A stretch of DNA of 64,000 nt from Candidatus Poribacteria bacterium (GTDB lineage Bacteria > Poribacteria > WGA-4E > WGA-3G): assembly GCA_022394775.1 (NCBI GenBank), contig JAGFCB010000076.1, positions 407-64,406 on the forward strand. The letters are read 5' to 3'. The stretch's first letter is position 1. Every line of letters starts with the position of its first letter. The notes below the pieces were generated by a model. It was given only the letters and a program-made list of their open reading frames with translations. It had not been told where the DNA came from and searched no databases. The translations under genes were made by a program, and so were the position numbers. Positions 55,071 to 63,335 of this stretch are shown piece after piece.

Positions 55071-58000
55071 ATGCCGCGACTCAATCTCAAACCCAGCCAC
55101 AAAGCAATCCGCGACTATTATGCCACGCTACAGCGATACGACGAACATGCCGTTACACACGAAGGCGCGGTCAGCAACCCGTTTGCTTTTTTACTTGATG
55201 CCTGTGCGAAACAGGTGAACGCTACGCTTATCCCACAGTATCCGATGCGCGCACCCAAAGGAAATCGTATCGTTGTTGACGGCGCGATTCTCGACGAATT
55301 CGGGCTGCCCTTCGCGTATTGGGAAGCGAAAGATATAGATGACGATCTCCTAAGGTCCGTACAGGAAAAACGGGACGCAGGCTACCCACTCGACAATACC
55401 TTCTTCCAAACGCCGCAGCGAATTATCCTCTACCAAAACGGGCAGGTGGCATTGGATGTAGACATCACCGACCCCGCGCAGCTGATCGCAGCACTCCAAT
55501 ATCTGTTCGCTTATACTGCACCGGCACTCGGTAACTGGCAGACAGCGGTTACCGACTTCAGAGAACACGTGCCAGACCTCGCTAACAAGTTGAAAGAACT
55601 CATCGAACAACGCCACGAAACGGATCCGGCGTTCAAGGAGGCGTTTGGCGATTTCTACGAGATTTGCCGTACCGCAATCAACCCCGAACTCTCACAGGAT
55701 GCTGTCGAGGAGATGCTCATCCAACACATCCTCACCGAACGCATCTTCCGCACGGTTTTTGAGCGGTCGGATTTCACGCGCCGAAATATCATCGCCCGCG
55801 AGATTGAAAACGTCAGCGACGCGCTCATGCGACACGCCGTGAGTCGTGATGCGTTTCTCGCACCCTTGGATCGATTCTATGTCGCGATTGAGCAGGCAGC
55901 GACACTCTGCAAAGATTTCTCCCAGAAACAGCATTTCCTCAATACATTCTACGAGAAGTTTTTTCAAGGATTCTCCGAAGATGTCGCCGATACACACGGC
56001 ATCGTCTATACACCGCAACCAATCGTCGATTTCATGGTGAAAAGTATCGAGCATATTTTGGAGACCGAGTTTAACCGATCGCTGTCGGATAGTGGTGTCC
56101 ATATCATTGATCCGTTTGTCGGTACGGGTAACTTCATCGTCCGGCTCATGCAGGATATTCGAGGCACGGCGTTAGAGGAGAAATACCGCCACGAACTCCA
56201 TTGTAATGAGGTGATGCTCTTGCCCTACTACATTGCGAGTTTGAATATTGAGCAGGAGTACTTTCAACGGACGGGGACGTATCTACCCTTTGAAGGCATC
56301 GCGCTTGCGGATACGTTTGAGTTGCTGGAGCAGGAGCAAGGCGAACTCTTCACGCGTGAAAACACAGAACGGGTGAAGCGACAGAAGGCGGCAGATATGT
56401 TCGTCGTTCTCGGTAACCCGCCTTACAACGCATGGCAGGTTAACGAGAATGACAATAATAAAAATCGGAAGTATCAGGCAATGGATAAACTGATACGGGA
56501 CACCTATGTCGCAGATTCCAAAGCAACAAATAGAAACGCACTTTATGATCCGTATGTCAAGGCGATTTTGTGGGCATCGGAACGCATTAGTGAGGAAGGC
56601 GTTATAGCATTCGTAACAAACAGTGGATTCCTTGATGGAACAGCGTTTGACGGCATGCGAAAACATCTCGCAGACAATTTCGACGCGATTTATATTTTCG
56701 ATTTGGGTGGAAATGCGCGGAAGGGATTGAAGGCTTCAGATACAAATGTGTTCGGAATTCGGGTAGGCGTGAGCATTAACCTGCTCGTGAAAACAAAACA
56801 AGATCAATCCAAAAAATCCCGTATTTTTTACTATCGTACCGATGATCTATGGAATAAAAAACAGAAGTTCGACTTTCTTAACGAACACCAACATGTAGGT
56901 AATATTGTAGGACAAACGATTGAACCAGATGCGCGACACACATGGCTCACCGAAGGACTTCATGCCGAATTTGATACCTTTATTCCGATCGGAACTAAAG
57001 AAGCAAAAGCAAACAAGAATGCAGCGTCAAGTGTAATTTTCAAAACCTACAGTAGCGGTGTTAAAACTAACCGTGACGCTTGGAGTTATAACTTCAACCG
57101 AAATGTACTAACTGCGAACATTCAACGGATGAGTAGAATCTACAATGCAGAAGCGGATAGATGGAAACGGGCAGATAACAAAGCAGCGAATATTGATGAC
57201 TTTGTAGTGTATGATGACACAAAGATCGCTTGGAGTCGGGACTTAAAGGGAAAATTAAAACGCGGAACAACTGCTGAATATACAGGATATAAGATGAGGA
57301 CAGCTCTCTATCGTCCTTTCACCAAATCAAACCTTTACTTTGACCGGGCAATAAGCGATGTTTTATACATGTTTCCATCCATTTTTCCCAATCCTGAGAC
57401 TGAAAAAGAGAATCGGGTGATATGGATTAAGGTCGGGAGAGAGTGGTCAATGTTCGCGCTGCTCACAAACAAAATTCCTGATATTTTGCCACAAGGTGGC
57501 TCTCAATGCTTCCCCTTCTACACCTACAATGAAGACGGCACGAACCGACAGGAGAACATCACCGATTGGGCGTTGGCGGAATTCCGAGACCACTACAACG
57601 ACGACACCATCACCAAATGGGACATCTTCCACTACAACTATGCCCTTTTGCACCATCCCATCTACCGTGAGAAATATGAGATGAACCTCAAGCGCGACTT
57701 GCCACATATCCCGTTCGCAGAAGATTTTTGGGGGTTCGCTAATGCAGGCGCAGCGTTATCAGACCTTCACATCAACTACGAATCCGTGCCGAAATACGAC
57801 GGACTGGAGGAGATTGAAACACCGGGGATGAAAGTAGATTGGCACGTCGAAAAGATGAAACTGTCGAAAGATAAGACGCAGTTGAAATACAACGATTTCC
57901 TGACACTCGACGGTATTCCTTCGGAGGTTTATGCGTATCGGTTAGGCAACCGTTCCGCGTTAGAGTGGGTCATAGATCAGTATCGTGTGAAGGTAGACAA

Positions 58001-58127
58001 ACGGAGCGGGATTGTGAACGATCCGAACCGTGAGGATCAGCCTCGGTACATCGTGGATTTGATTGCGCGTGTTATCTCTGTGAGTTTGCAGACAGTGGAG
58101 ATTGTTGGCGGCTTGCCACCACTGTAG
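55071..58127 (+). CDS. Single-polypeptide type IIG/ISP-like restriction-modification enzyme without helicase (N-terminal PD-ExK-like region, gamma-class N6-adenine methyltransferase, Type-ISP-like C-terminal specificity domain)
   Basis: VDGAILDEFGLPFAYWEAKD (D...ExK), motif I IIDPFVGTGNF, motif IV GNPPY. C-terminal ...YRLGNRSALEWVIDQYRVKVDKRSGIVNDPN, as in type ISP / YeeA-like enzymes. ATG at 55071. Confidence 0.78.
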   Translation: MPRLNLKPSHKAIRDYYATLQRYDEHAVTHEGAVSNPFAFLLDACAKQVNATLIPQYPMRAPKGNRIVVDGAILDEFGLPFAYWEAKDIDDDLLRSVQEKRDAGYPLDNTFFQTPQRIILYQNGQVALDVDITDPAQLIAALQYLFAYTAPALGNWQTAVTDFREHVPDLANKLKELIEQRHETDPAFKEAFGDFYEICRTAINPELSQDAVEEMLIQHILTERIFRTVFERSDFTRRNIIAREIENVSDALMRHAVSRDAFLAPLDRFYVAIEQAATLCKDFSQKQHFLNTFYEKFFQGFSEDVADTHGIVYTPQPIVDFMVKSIEHILETEFNRSLSDSGVHIIDPFVGTGNFIVRLMQDIRGTALEEKYRHELHCNEVMLLPYYIASLNIEQEYFQRTGTYLPFEGIALADTFELLEQEQGELFTRENTERVKRQKAADMFVVLGNPPYNAWQVNENDNNKNRKYQAMDKLIRDTYVADSKATNRNALYDPYVKAILWASERISEEGVIAFVTNSGFLDGTAFDGMRKHLADNFDAIYIFDLGGNARKGLKASDTNVFGIRVGVSINLLVKTKQDQSKKSRIFYYRTDDLWNKKQKFDFLNEHQHVGNIVGQTIEPDARHTWLTEGLHAEFDTFIPIGTKEAKANKNAASSVIFKTYSSGVKTNRDAWSYNFNRNVLTANIQRMSRIYNAEADRWKRADNKAANIDDFVVYDDTKIAWSRDLKGKLKRGTTAEYTGYKMRTALYRPFTKSNLYFDRAISDVLYMFPSIFPNPETEKENRVIWIKVGREWSMFALLTNKIPDILPQGGSQCFPFYTYNEDGTNRQENITDWALAEFRDHYNDDTITKWDIFHYNYALLHHPIYREKYEMNLKRDLPHIPFAEDFWGFANAGAALSDLHINYESVPKYDGLEEIETPGMKVDWHVEKMKLSKDKTQLKYNDFLTLDGIPSEVYAYRLGNRSALEWVIDQYRVKVDKRSGIVNDPNREDQPRYIVDLIARVISVSLQTVEIVGGLPPL

Positions 58128-58141
58128 CATCTCGCTAAAGC

Positions 58142-58173
58142 AACCCCCTAAATCCCCCTTATCAGGGGGACTT
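58142..58173. repeat. Inverted partial copy of the copy-C core (AACCCCCTAAATCCCCCTTATCAGGGGGACTT)
   Basis: Reverse complement of 52966-52996 with a 1-nt indel; 15 nt after the RM stop. Confidence 0.75.
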
Positions 58174-58187
58174 GTAGAAAGATTTTT

Positions 58188-58850
58188 TTAGTATTCAAGT
58201 GGGATATCTTTTTCGGATAGCCATTGACCCAGCAGCTGCGTGAGTCCACGATCATATTTCTTGAACGCATTTCTATTTTTGAATTCCTGATCTTTACCGA
58301 TATAATACCACATCCGGACACCTTCTGCCCAATACTCGTTTATCGGCGTGGATTCTAACTTCCAATTATCGACAGAGAAATACTTATCTGCCCATAATCC
58401 GAGTTTCATCGCCTGATCATAAGATTGGTTTAAGAGTCGATCGAACTCCGGGTCCATCTTTGAAATAACAGAATGGACTGCATGCCCGAACTCGTGAACA
58501 AATGTTTCCATGCTCGGTTTCTTTTTCTTTTCGATATAAGAGGCAAATCGACCGGGGAATCCCAGAGACTCTTGCGGTGTTAAAGCAAGACCTGCGAGAC
58601 GCGACTTGCTCTCCTCCCATCCGAGCGAGGCTGTGATACTTTCCCTCGGCGCGATCAGGATGAATTCATATCCTGCGAGTTTGTTAAGGATTTCTGGGTG
58701 TTTGGAAGTGATTGTTAAAATGATTTCCTTCGCCGCGTAAAAAGCCTTATCGCTTACCTTCCCTGAACCTGTAATTGTCATGTCTCCGACATCGAGATAT
58801 TTGATGACTTGGATCTTTTCCTTTGCGTCTGAAACGTTTGGCGTTCGCAT
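58188..58850 (-). CDS. Putative zinc metallopeptidase (HExxH)
   Basis: FVHEFGHAVHSV motif; 220 aa; no signal peptide seen. Confidence 0.6.
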   Translation of the reverse strand: MRTPNVSDAKEKIQVIKYLDVGDMTITGSGKVSDKAFYAAKEIILTITSKHPEILNKLAGYEFILIAPRESITASLGWEESKSRLAGLALTPQESLGFPGRFASYIEKKKKPSMETFVHEFGHAVHSVISKMDPEFDRLLNQSYDQAMKLGLWADKYFSVDNWKLESTPINEYWAEGVRMWYYIGKDQEFKNRNAFKKYDRGLTQLLGQWLSEKDIPLEY

Positions 58851-58958
58851 TATTGAGAATCCTTTTGAGTGATGTGTTGATTATCTTCTGTATAATGGTT
58901 TTCTGTGCTTGGTAAGATTATAACACATCTTGAAATGCGGATGCCAAGTCAATTAGTT

Positions 58959-59082
58959 AGGACTTACGCATTCATTTTTAAAGTCCCCCTGATAAGGGGC
59001 GGGGAATGCCCATAAGGCATTCATACCGTTGATTCTTTAGGGGGTTTAGAGAACGGAAATTACCGGTTTTTGCGTCAACCCT
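58959..59082. mobile_element. MITE-like element, copy D
   Basis: AGGACTTACGCA (58959-58970) ... TGCGTCAACCCT (59071-59082). Shares AAAGTCCCCCTGATAAGGGG with copy C, plus GAATGCC/GGCATTC hairpin. The right end overlaps the stop of the 59081 gene. Confidence 0.6.
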
Positions 59083-61762
59083 ACCGGACTCGGATGCAGA
59101 TGAAGGCTACACTCAAGGATGTTTGTCCTTTTGCATAAGACCCGACCCACTCCAGCCGCTCGCTGATCTCAATTTTGCCTGTGCTACATTGGTAGGAACC
59201 AGATGGCATACCACGGATAGAAATATGCGCGCGTTCCGCATGCTCGGACGGTTTCGATAAGACGAGTTCTAACCGTCTTAGGTCTTTGGTAAGCACCGCC
59301 TGTTCAATGCGCGCTGTTACAGTCTCCAACGTCACACTGAGTGGCACAAAGGTTACCCTAACGCCCAAGCCGTCTTTCGGGATAAGGGTGTAATCGTCAT
59401 CAGTCTCAGCGACATCACATCCATAACCGACAAGCCCGAAATCTGGGTCCTGAACGAGATAGGATTTCAGCATGCTCAAGTTACCGTAGAGTCCCATACC
59501 CACTTCGCCAGAGAAACAGCCGTTCCGGTAATAGTTGTATTCTGGCGAGTCTTTCTCCGGCGGGTTGAATCGCCATTCCCTACCGTTGTAGCCTTTACCC
59601 GACGGATCGACACAACTCCATACTGCCAAAGTCGCGCCGTAAGCCTTCTGTAGGAAATGCAGATCCCCCGTCTGCTCATATCTATCGAAGAGTGGGCGCG
59701 CCAATAGCGGGGTTGGATAGCACCCGATAAACCGCATATTCGTGCAGTAGGAAAACCACATCGGTGTTGAATCACGGCTCGCGAGGATCGTGTCTACTGT
59801 TCGCTGCTGCAACGATGCGTCATCAGCGACCTGTGCCAAGTAATACAACGCCGCTTTGGAAGCGTGATCGAAACAATACTCCGATGCCATCGGGTATTCT
59901 TCCTCCAGAAAGAACGGAAGGCAGTCTTCAATAGCACCTCGAAGCGTCTGATATTCAGTCTGCTTCCCTTCCGCTTCCAACGCTTTCAGGAGATGTGCGA
60001 GAATCGGTGACCCCATCGGTGCGTGCGTTTTAGACATATTGCCGCGGTGGTAGTCGATGTAGTTCTTCGTCTCATAAACGCTTTCGTATGTAGAATCGAG
60101 ATAAGAGGCGAGTGCGGTGTTATAGGCGAGATCGAGATACTCTAAAGGTTCGCGGCTCGTCTTTATACCGGGCAACTTCGTGATGCGGTACATCTGGTAA
60201 TAGATGTTATAGACGTGCGGATAGTTATAGATACGCCAGACGTAATCCCATCGCCGCCATGAACCCTCCCGGAGTCCGATGAGGGAGTTCAGCACCTGAT
60301 AGTTGTCTTTGTCTTGCAATTTCCCGTAGAGGAAATTCTCAATAAATTCGTCGAGTGCTTGGATCTCCTGCGCGTCTGGATAATAAACGTTCTTTCCTGC
60401 GAGGAATACCGGCGGTGCGAAGCAACGGTCATCGCTGCCGCCCATATCAATCGAGCCACAGGGTGCCTCCTTCTCCACGATAAGCCTCTCAGCATCGTTA
60501 TTCCAGATACGGAAACTGTAATGACAGAGGTCATCTGGATATTCGACGCGCTGATTTTCCACGATGAACTTGGCGCGGGCTTTCATCAAGGTTTCTATCG
60601 CTGCGATGCCCTTAAATATCAGGTTCGTCCATTCGTTGTCACCGTACCGGATCGTCATCTTCTGCTCACCCATTGACGTGAGTCGGACGGTATACGTGTG
60701 TCGCTCCTTCAGCGTTGGTGTGGGTATAATCTTGATACCTTCAGCGGTCTCAATAGATGTAATCCGTTTTTTACATCGGAGCAGCAGATGTGCCGTCGTG
60801 CCGACAGGTAGCACCATCCCCGGCACTATCTTCACGGCGATGTTCCCGTTCTGATAGAGTTTCTCATTGACATCGGTGTAGTCCTTAGCGCGGCAGAGTG
60901 TGAACGCAAAAGTCCGTTTTTCGTCGGGTGCCAGAGTCAGCGATCGGTGTCCGTTGTACCAAGGCTCCACTGCTGTGGCTTCGGAGAATAGGTAAAACAT
61001 CGACCCGGCACCCGTCATCATCTCGGTATTCGGGAACAGTCCGTAGCCTGAGATTGCCTCTAATGCGGTGTCGTCTTGCGGGATAATCAGCAGATGGTCA
61101 CCTTTACCACTTGCACGGGATACGAGGATGTACGATGCATGTCCAGAGACAAATGAACTCTCAATCACGCGTTGCTCAAAGACGTACTTCGTGGATTCAA
61201 CAGACCTATGGTTGAAACCCTGTTTTTCGTCGCCGATATTATAGTTGGTGTTCAGCGTGATGGGGAGTCCGAGTTCACCGATGACGATCTGCGTGTCTGC
61301 GGTATTGTGCAGTGTGATTGTCCAGCGGATCGCATCATCCCCGAATTCATAACATTGTTCGATATTGAGATGCTGAAGTCCGCTTCGGTTAACAGAATCG
61401 CCTTCGTAACGGGTGGTAATTGATGCTTGGTCATAAGTTACCGTCCGGACATCATCGCTGAGGAAGGTGTGCATCGGCTGCCATTCATCTTCACTCTCAA
61501 GCCGTGCTTTCAGCACAACATCGCCTGTCCAGCAGTGCATCGGGATGCGTTGTGCCTTTTCGGGGACGTGGCGTTGTTTCCACCAGACGTTGAGACGCAT
61601 GTTCTGCTCATTTCCAACAAAGTTCGTACCTTGTGCGTCTTCCGTCAGGTATAACCCTTTAATCACACCGCTCCGGTTGTCTACGTCGAGGATGTAATAT
61701 TCATTGGAGAGGCGGAGATAAGCATCGTGTGGCGTATAACGTGCGTATTTCACCTGTAGCAT
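59081..61762 (-). CDS. Large uncharacterized protein (893 aa), possibly carbohydrate-active
   Basis: Long uninterrupted ORF with normal composition. No signal peptide and no catalytic motif recognised by eye; family not identified. Confidence 0.75.
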   Translation of the reverse strand: MLQVKYARYTPHDAYLRLSNEYYILDVDNRSGVIKGLYLTEDAQGTNFVGNEQNMRLNVWWKQRHVPEKAQRIPMHCWTGDVVLKARLESEDEWQPMHTFLSDDVRTVTYDQASITTRYEGDSVNRSGLQHLNIEQCYEFGDDAIRWTITLHNTADTQIVIGELGLPITLNTNYNIGDEKQGFNHRSVESTKYVFEQRVIESSFVSGHASYILVSRASGKGDHLLIIPQDDTALEAISGYGLFPNTEMMTGAGSMFYLFSEATAVEPWYNGHRSLTLAPDEKRTFAFTLCRAKDYTDVNEKLYQNGNIAVKIVPGMVLPVGTTAHLLLRCKKRITSIETAEGIKIIPTPTLKERHTYTVRLTSMGEQKMTIRYGDNEWTNLIFKGIAAIETLMKARAKFIVENQRVEYPDDLCHYSFRIWNNDAERLIVEKEAPCGSIDMGGSDDRCFAPPVFLAGKNVYYPDAQEIQALDEFIENFLYGKLQDKDNYQVLNSLIGLREGSWRRWDYVWRIYNYPHVYNIYYQMYRITKLPGIKTSREPLEYLDLAYNTALASYLDSTYESVYETKNYIDYHRGNMSKTHAPMGSPILAHLLKALEAEGKQTEYQTLRGAIEDCLPFFLEEEYPMASEYCFDHASKAALYYLAQVADDASLQQRTVDTILASRDSTPMWFSYCTNMRFIGCYPTPLLARPLFDRYEQTGDLHFLQKAYGATLAVWSCVDPSGKGYNGREWRFNPPEKDSPEYNYYRNGCFSGEVGMGLYGNLSMLKSYLVQDPDFGLVGYGCDVAETDDDYTLIPKDGLGVRVTFVPLSVTLETVTARIEQAVLTKDLRRLELVLSKPSEHAERAHISIRGMPSGSYQCSTGKIEISERLEWVGSYAKGQTSLSVAFICIRVR

Positions 61763-61835
61763 CGTCCATTGCTCACTTTCGTGTCGTTTACTTGAGAATA
61801 CCCGTTTTGGTGGAAAGTGTCAAGGAAAATAGTTA

Positions 61836-61864
61836 TCAGTACTCAGTTGTCAGTACTCAGTTTG
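61836..61864. repeat. Tandem duplication TCAGTACTCAGTTG / TCAGTACTCAGTTTG after TAGTTATCAG
   Basis: Two adjacent units, followed by GCCTCGCAGTGAGAG (61864-61878). Confidence 0.8.
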
Positions 61865-62011
61865 CCTCGCAGTGAGAGGTAATCTGAATGCAGAACATGT
61901 CGCAACCTCAAGTTTCGCCAAGGCAGCCGGGTTTCTTCAAGAAGTTGTTTATGAAGATAAAAGTCTGCTCAAAGCCGTGGGGTCCGTCAGTTTTGGCCTC
62001 CAGGTCCCGCA

Positions 62012-62032
62012 GGTGCGGTTTGGAACCGCACC
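62012..62032. repeat. Palindrome GGTGCGGTT-TGG-AACCGCACC
   Basis: 9-bp perfect arms, a variant of the GC-rich palindrome family. Confidence 0.7.
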
Positions 62033-62600
62033 GGGCTTGAAAAAGGCGTGCGGTGTATCATCATTGATAAGGGGTATATTGATAACAAACGTCAAGTCGC
62101 TTTTGCCAAAGACGACCTTTTGCTAACCCCGAAAACGATCGCAGAGGCAAACGCATTCTTAGGGGCAGACCCCTTGTATACCGCAACACAAGTCGAAACA
62201 TGGCAGGCCCGCGCGAAAAGTTGCGATTGAACCCGTCTTTGATTTGCTCAGTAGGCTCTTATCAATCACAGGGGCGCGTAGACCTTTACCGCTGCGAGGT
62301 CTGGCGTATGTTTCACCTTTTTCAGCATTGGCATTGTGTTGTTGCAGCTCGCAATGTTAGTGAATGTCCGATGTGGGTTACCCACGCGAAATGTTACACA
62401 CATCAAAACCGTCTTTCGATAAAAATTACTGATTTATGAAACACCCTCAGTTACCTATACACTCACAAAATGATGATAGTTGCGTTTTCAAGACCGACGC
62501 GCTTCACAGTTTTCATAGCAAAACTATAAAATCAATATGTTTCTCGAAAGGCTATAACCCCTTACCCCGATTGGGTTTTAGGCAATTTTCATCAAAGGTT

Positions 62601-62633
62601 GCTATGAAAGCTGCTATGAAATTTGCTATGAAA
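62601..62633 (+). repeat. Iteron-like array: three GCTATGAAA units with 12-bp period
   Basis: 62601-62609, 62613-62621 and 62625-62633. An inverted fourth copy TTTCATAGC lies at 62511-62519. Confidence 0.8.
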
Positions 62634-63093
62634 ATTTCGCGAGTCAAGGGTGTCAAGTGGTCATTGAAATTCTCGATGGTTTCTGGAGATATGTGTTAGA
62701 GGTTTGGTGCGCGTAATATTATACCAATTCTAATTGATTTTTCGGAAATATATCACTTCCCTTCTGCTCTTCGCGATCTGCGTCTCGATTCCAAACTGGT
62801 TCGATTAGAATAAAATAGGTGGTAAAACCAGTTTCGATTCTATACTGGTCTGATTAAAGTCTGCTATCTGTTTAAGATGTTCCTTTTCAAAAAAGGTTTA
62901 AGGCAGTAGGACTCACGCAAAATTGTGCCCGGACACATCGTAAAGAAAGTATAAACCGTATAACCCCTGATTCAGACGAGTGTTTTTATCAAGCGAAGAT
63001 TTGGATATCTAAAGTCGATAATCAGCGTAATCCGCAATTCAGCCGAAAAGCAATCCCTAAATCCCAAAAATCACAGTCCTGACAATTTTTAAC

Positions 63094-63122
63094 TTGACGA
63101 ATATTAATATATATTGTATAAT
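63094..63122 (+). promoter_or_regulatory. Near-consensus sigma70 promoter
   Basis: TTGACG (63094-63099), exactly 17-nt AT-rich spacer, TATAAT (63117-63122). Confidence 0.65.
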
Positions 63123-63241
63123 ATATCTAAGCGTTGTGTTTTTACCTGAAAATGGGGCACTGTCTTCAAGTTTTCAACAACACATCGCGCACCAAAAAAT
63201 CGGATCTGGGAGGTGAAAACACCCGATAAAAAAAATGAAAA

Positions 63242-63307
63242 GTCACGTCACATTCCCCGTTACACGTGGCTCCGTCACGTCACATGTGACGTGACACAAC
63301 GTCACAT
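63242..63307 (+). promoter_or_regulatory. Operator-like cluster of GTCACGTCACAT sites including a perfect 22-bp palindrome
   Basis: GTCACGTCACAT at 63242-63253; perfect palindrome GTCACGTCACATGTGACGTGAC at 63274-63295; CGTCACAT at 63300-63307; CACGTG at 63263-63268. All lie just upstream of the HTH gene. Confidence 0.6.
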
Positions 63308-63335
63308 ATTTCACCAGCAAAAGGATTTTTTTAAC

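Noticed and set aside
52966-58999. A CRISPR-repeat-like palindromic motif, AAGTCCCCCTGATAAGGGGGATTTAGGGG, seen three times (about 52966, 58142 inverted, 58981 partial).
   Set aside because: The copies are kilobases apart, lie in both orientations and are embedded in TIR-bounded elements. There is no regular repeat-spacer periodicity and no cas genes in the window.
62048-62230. A 60-aa ORF (…LLTPKTIAEANAFLGADPLYTATQVETWQARAKS) as a possible small protein in the ORF-poor region.
   Set aside because: It has a GTG start without a recognisable RBS and no motif. It cannot be distinguished from chance, so it is left as unannotated sequence to be tested by homology or ribosome profiling.
62795-62812. 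A tRNA T-arm-like string GGTTCGATT, which suggested a tRNA or tmRNA fragment or an att site.
   Set aside because: No acceptor or anticodon arms can be folded around it. It is one of four phased TCGATT-containing repeats.
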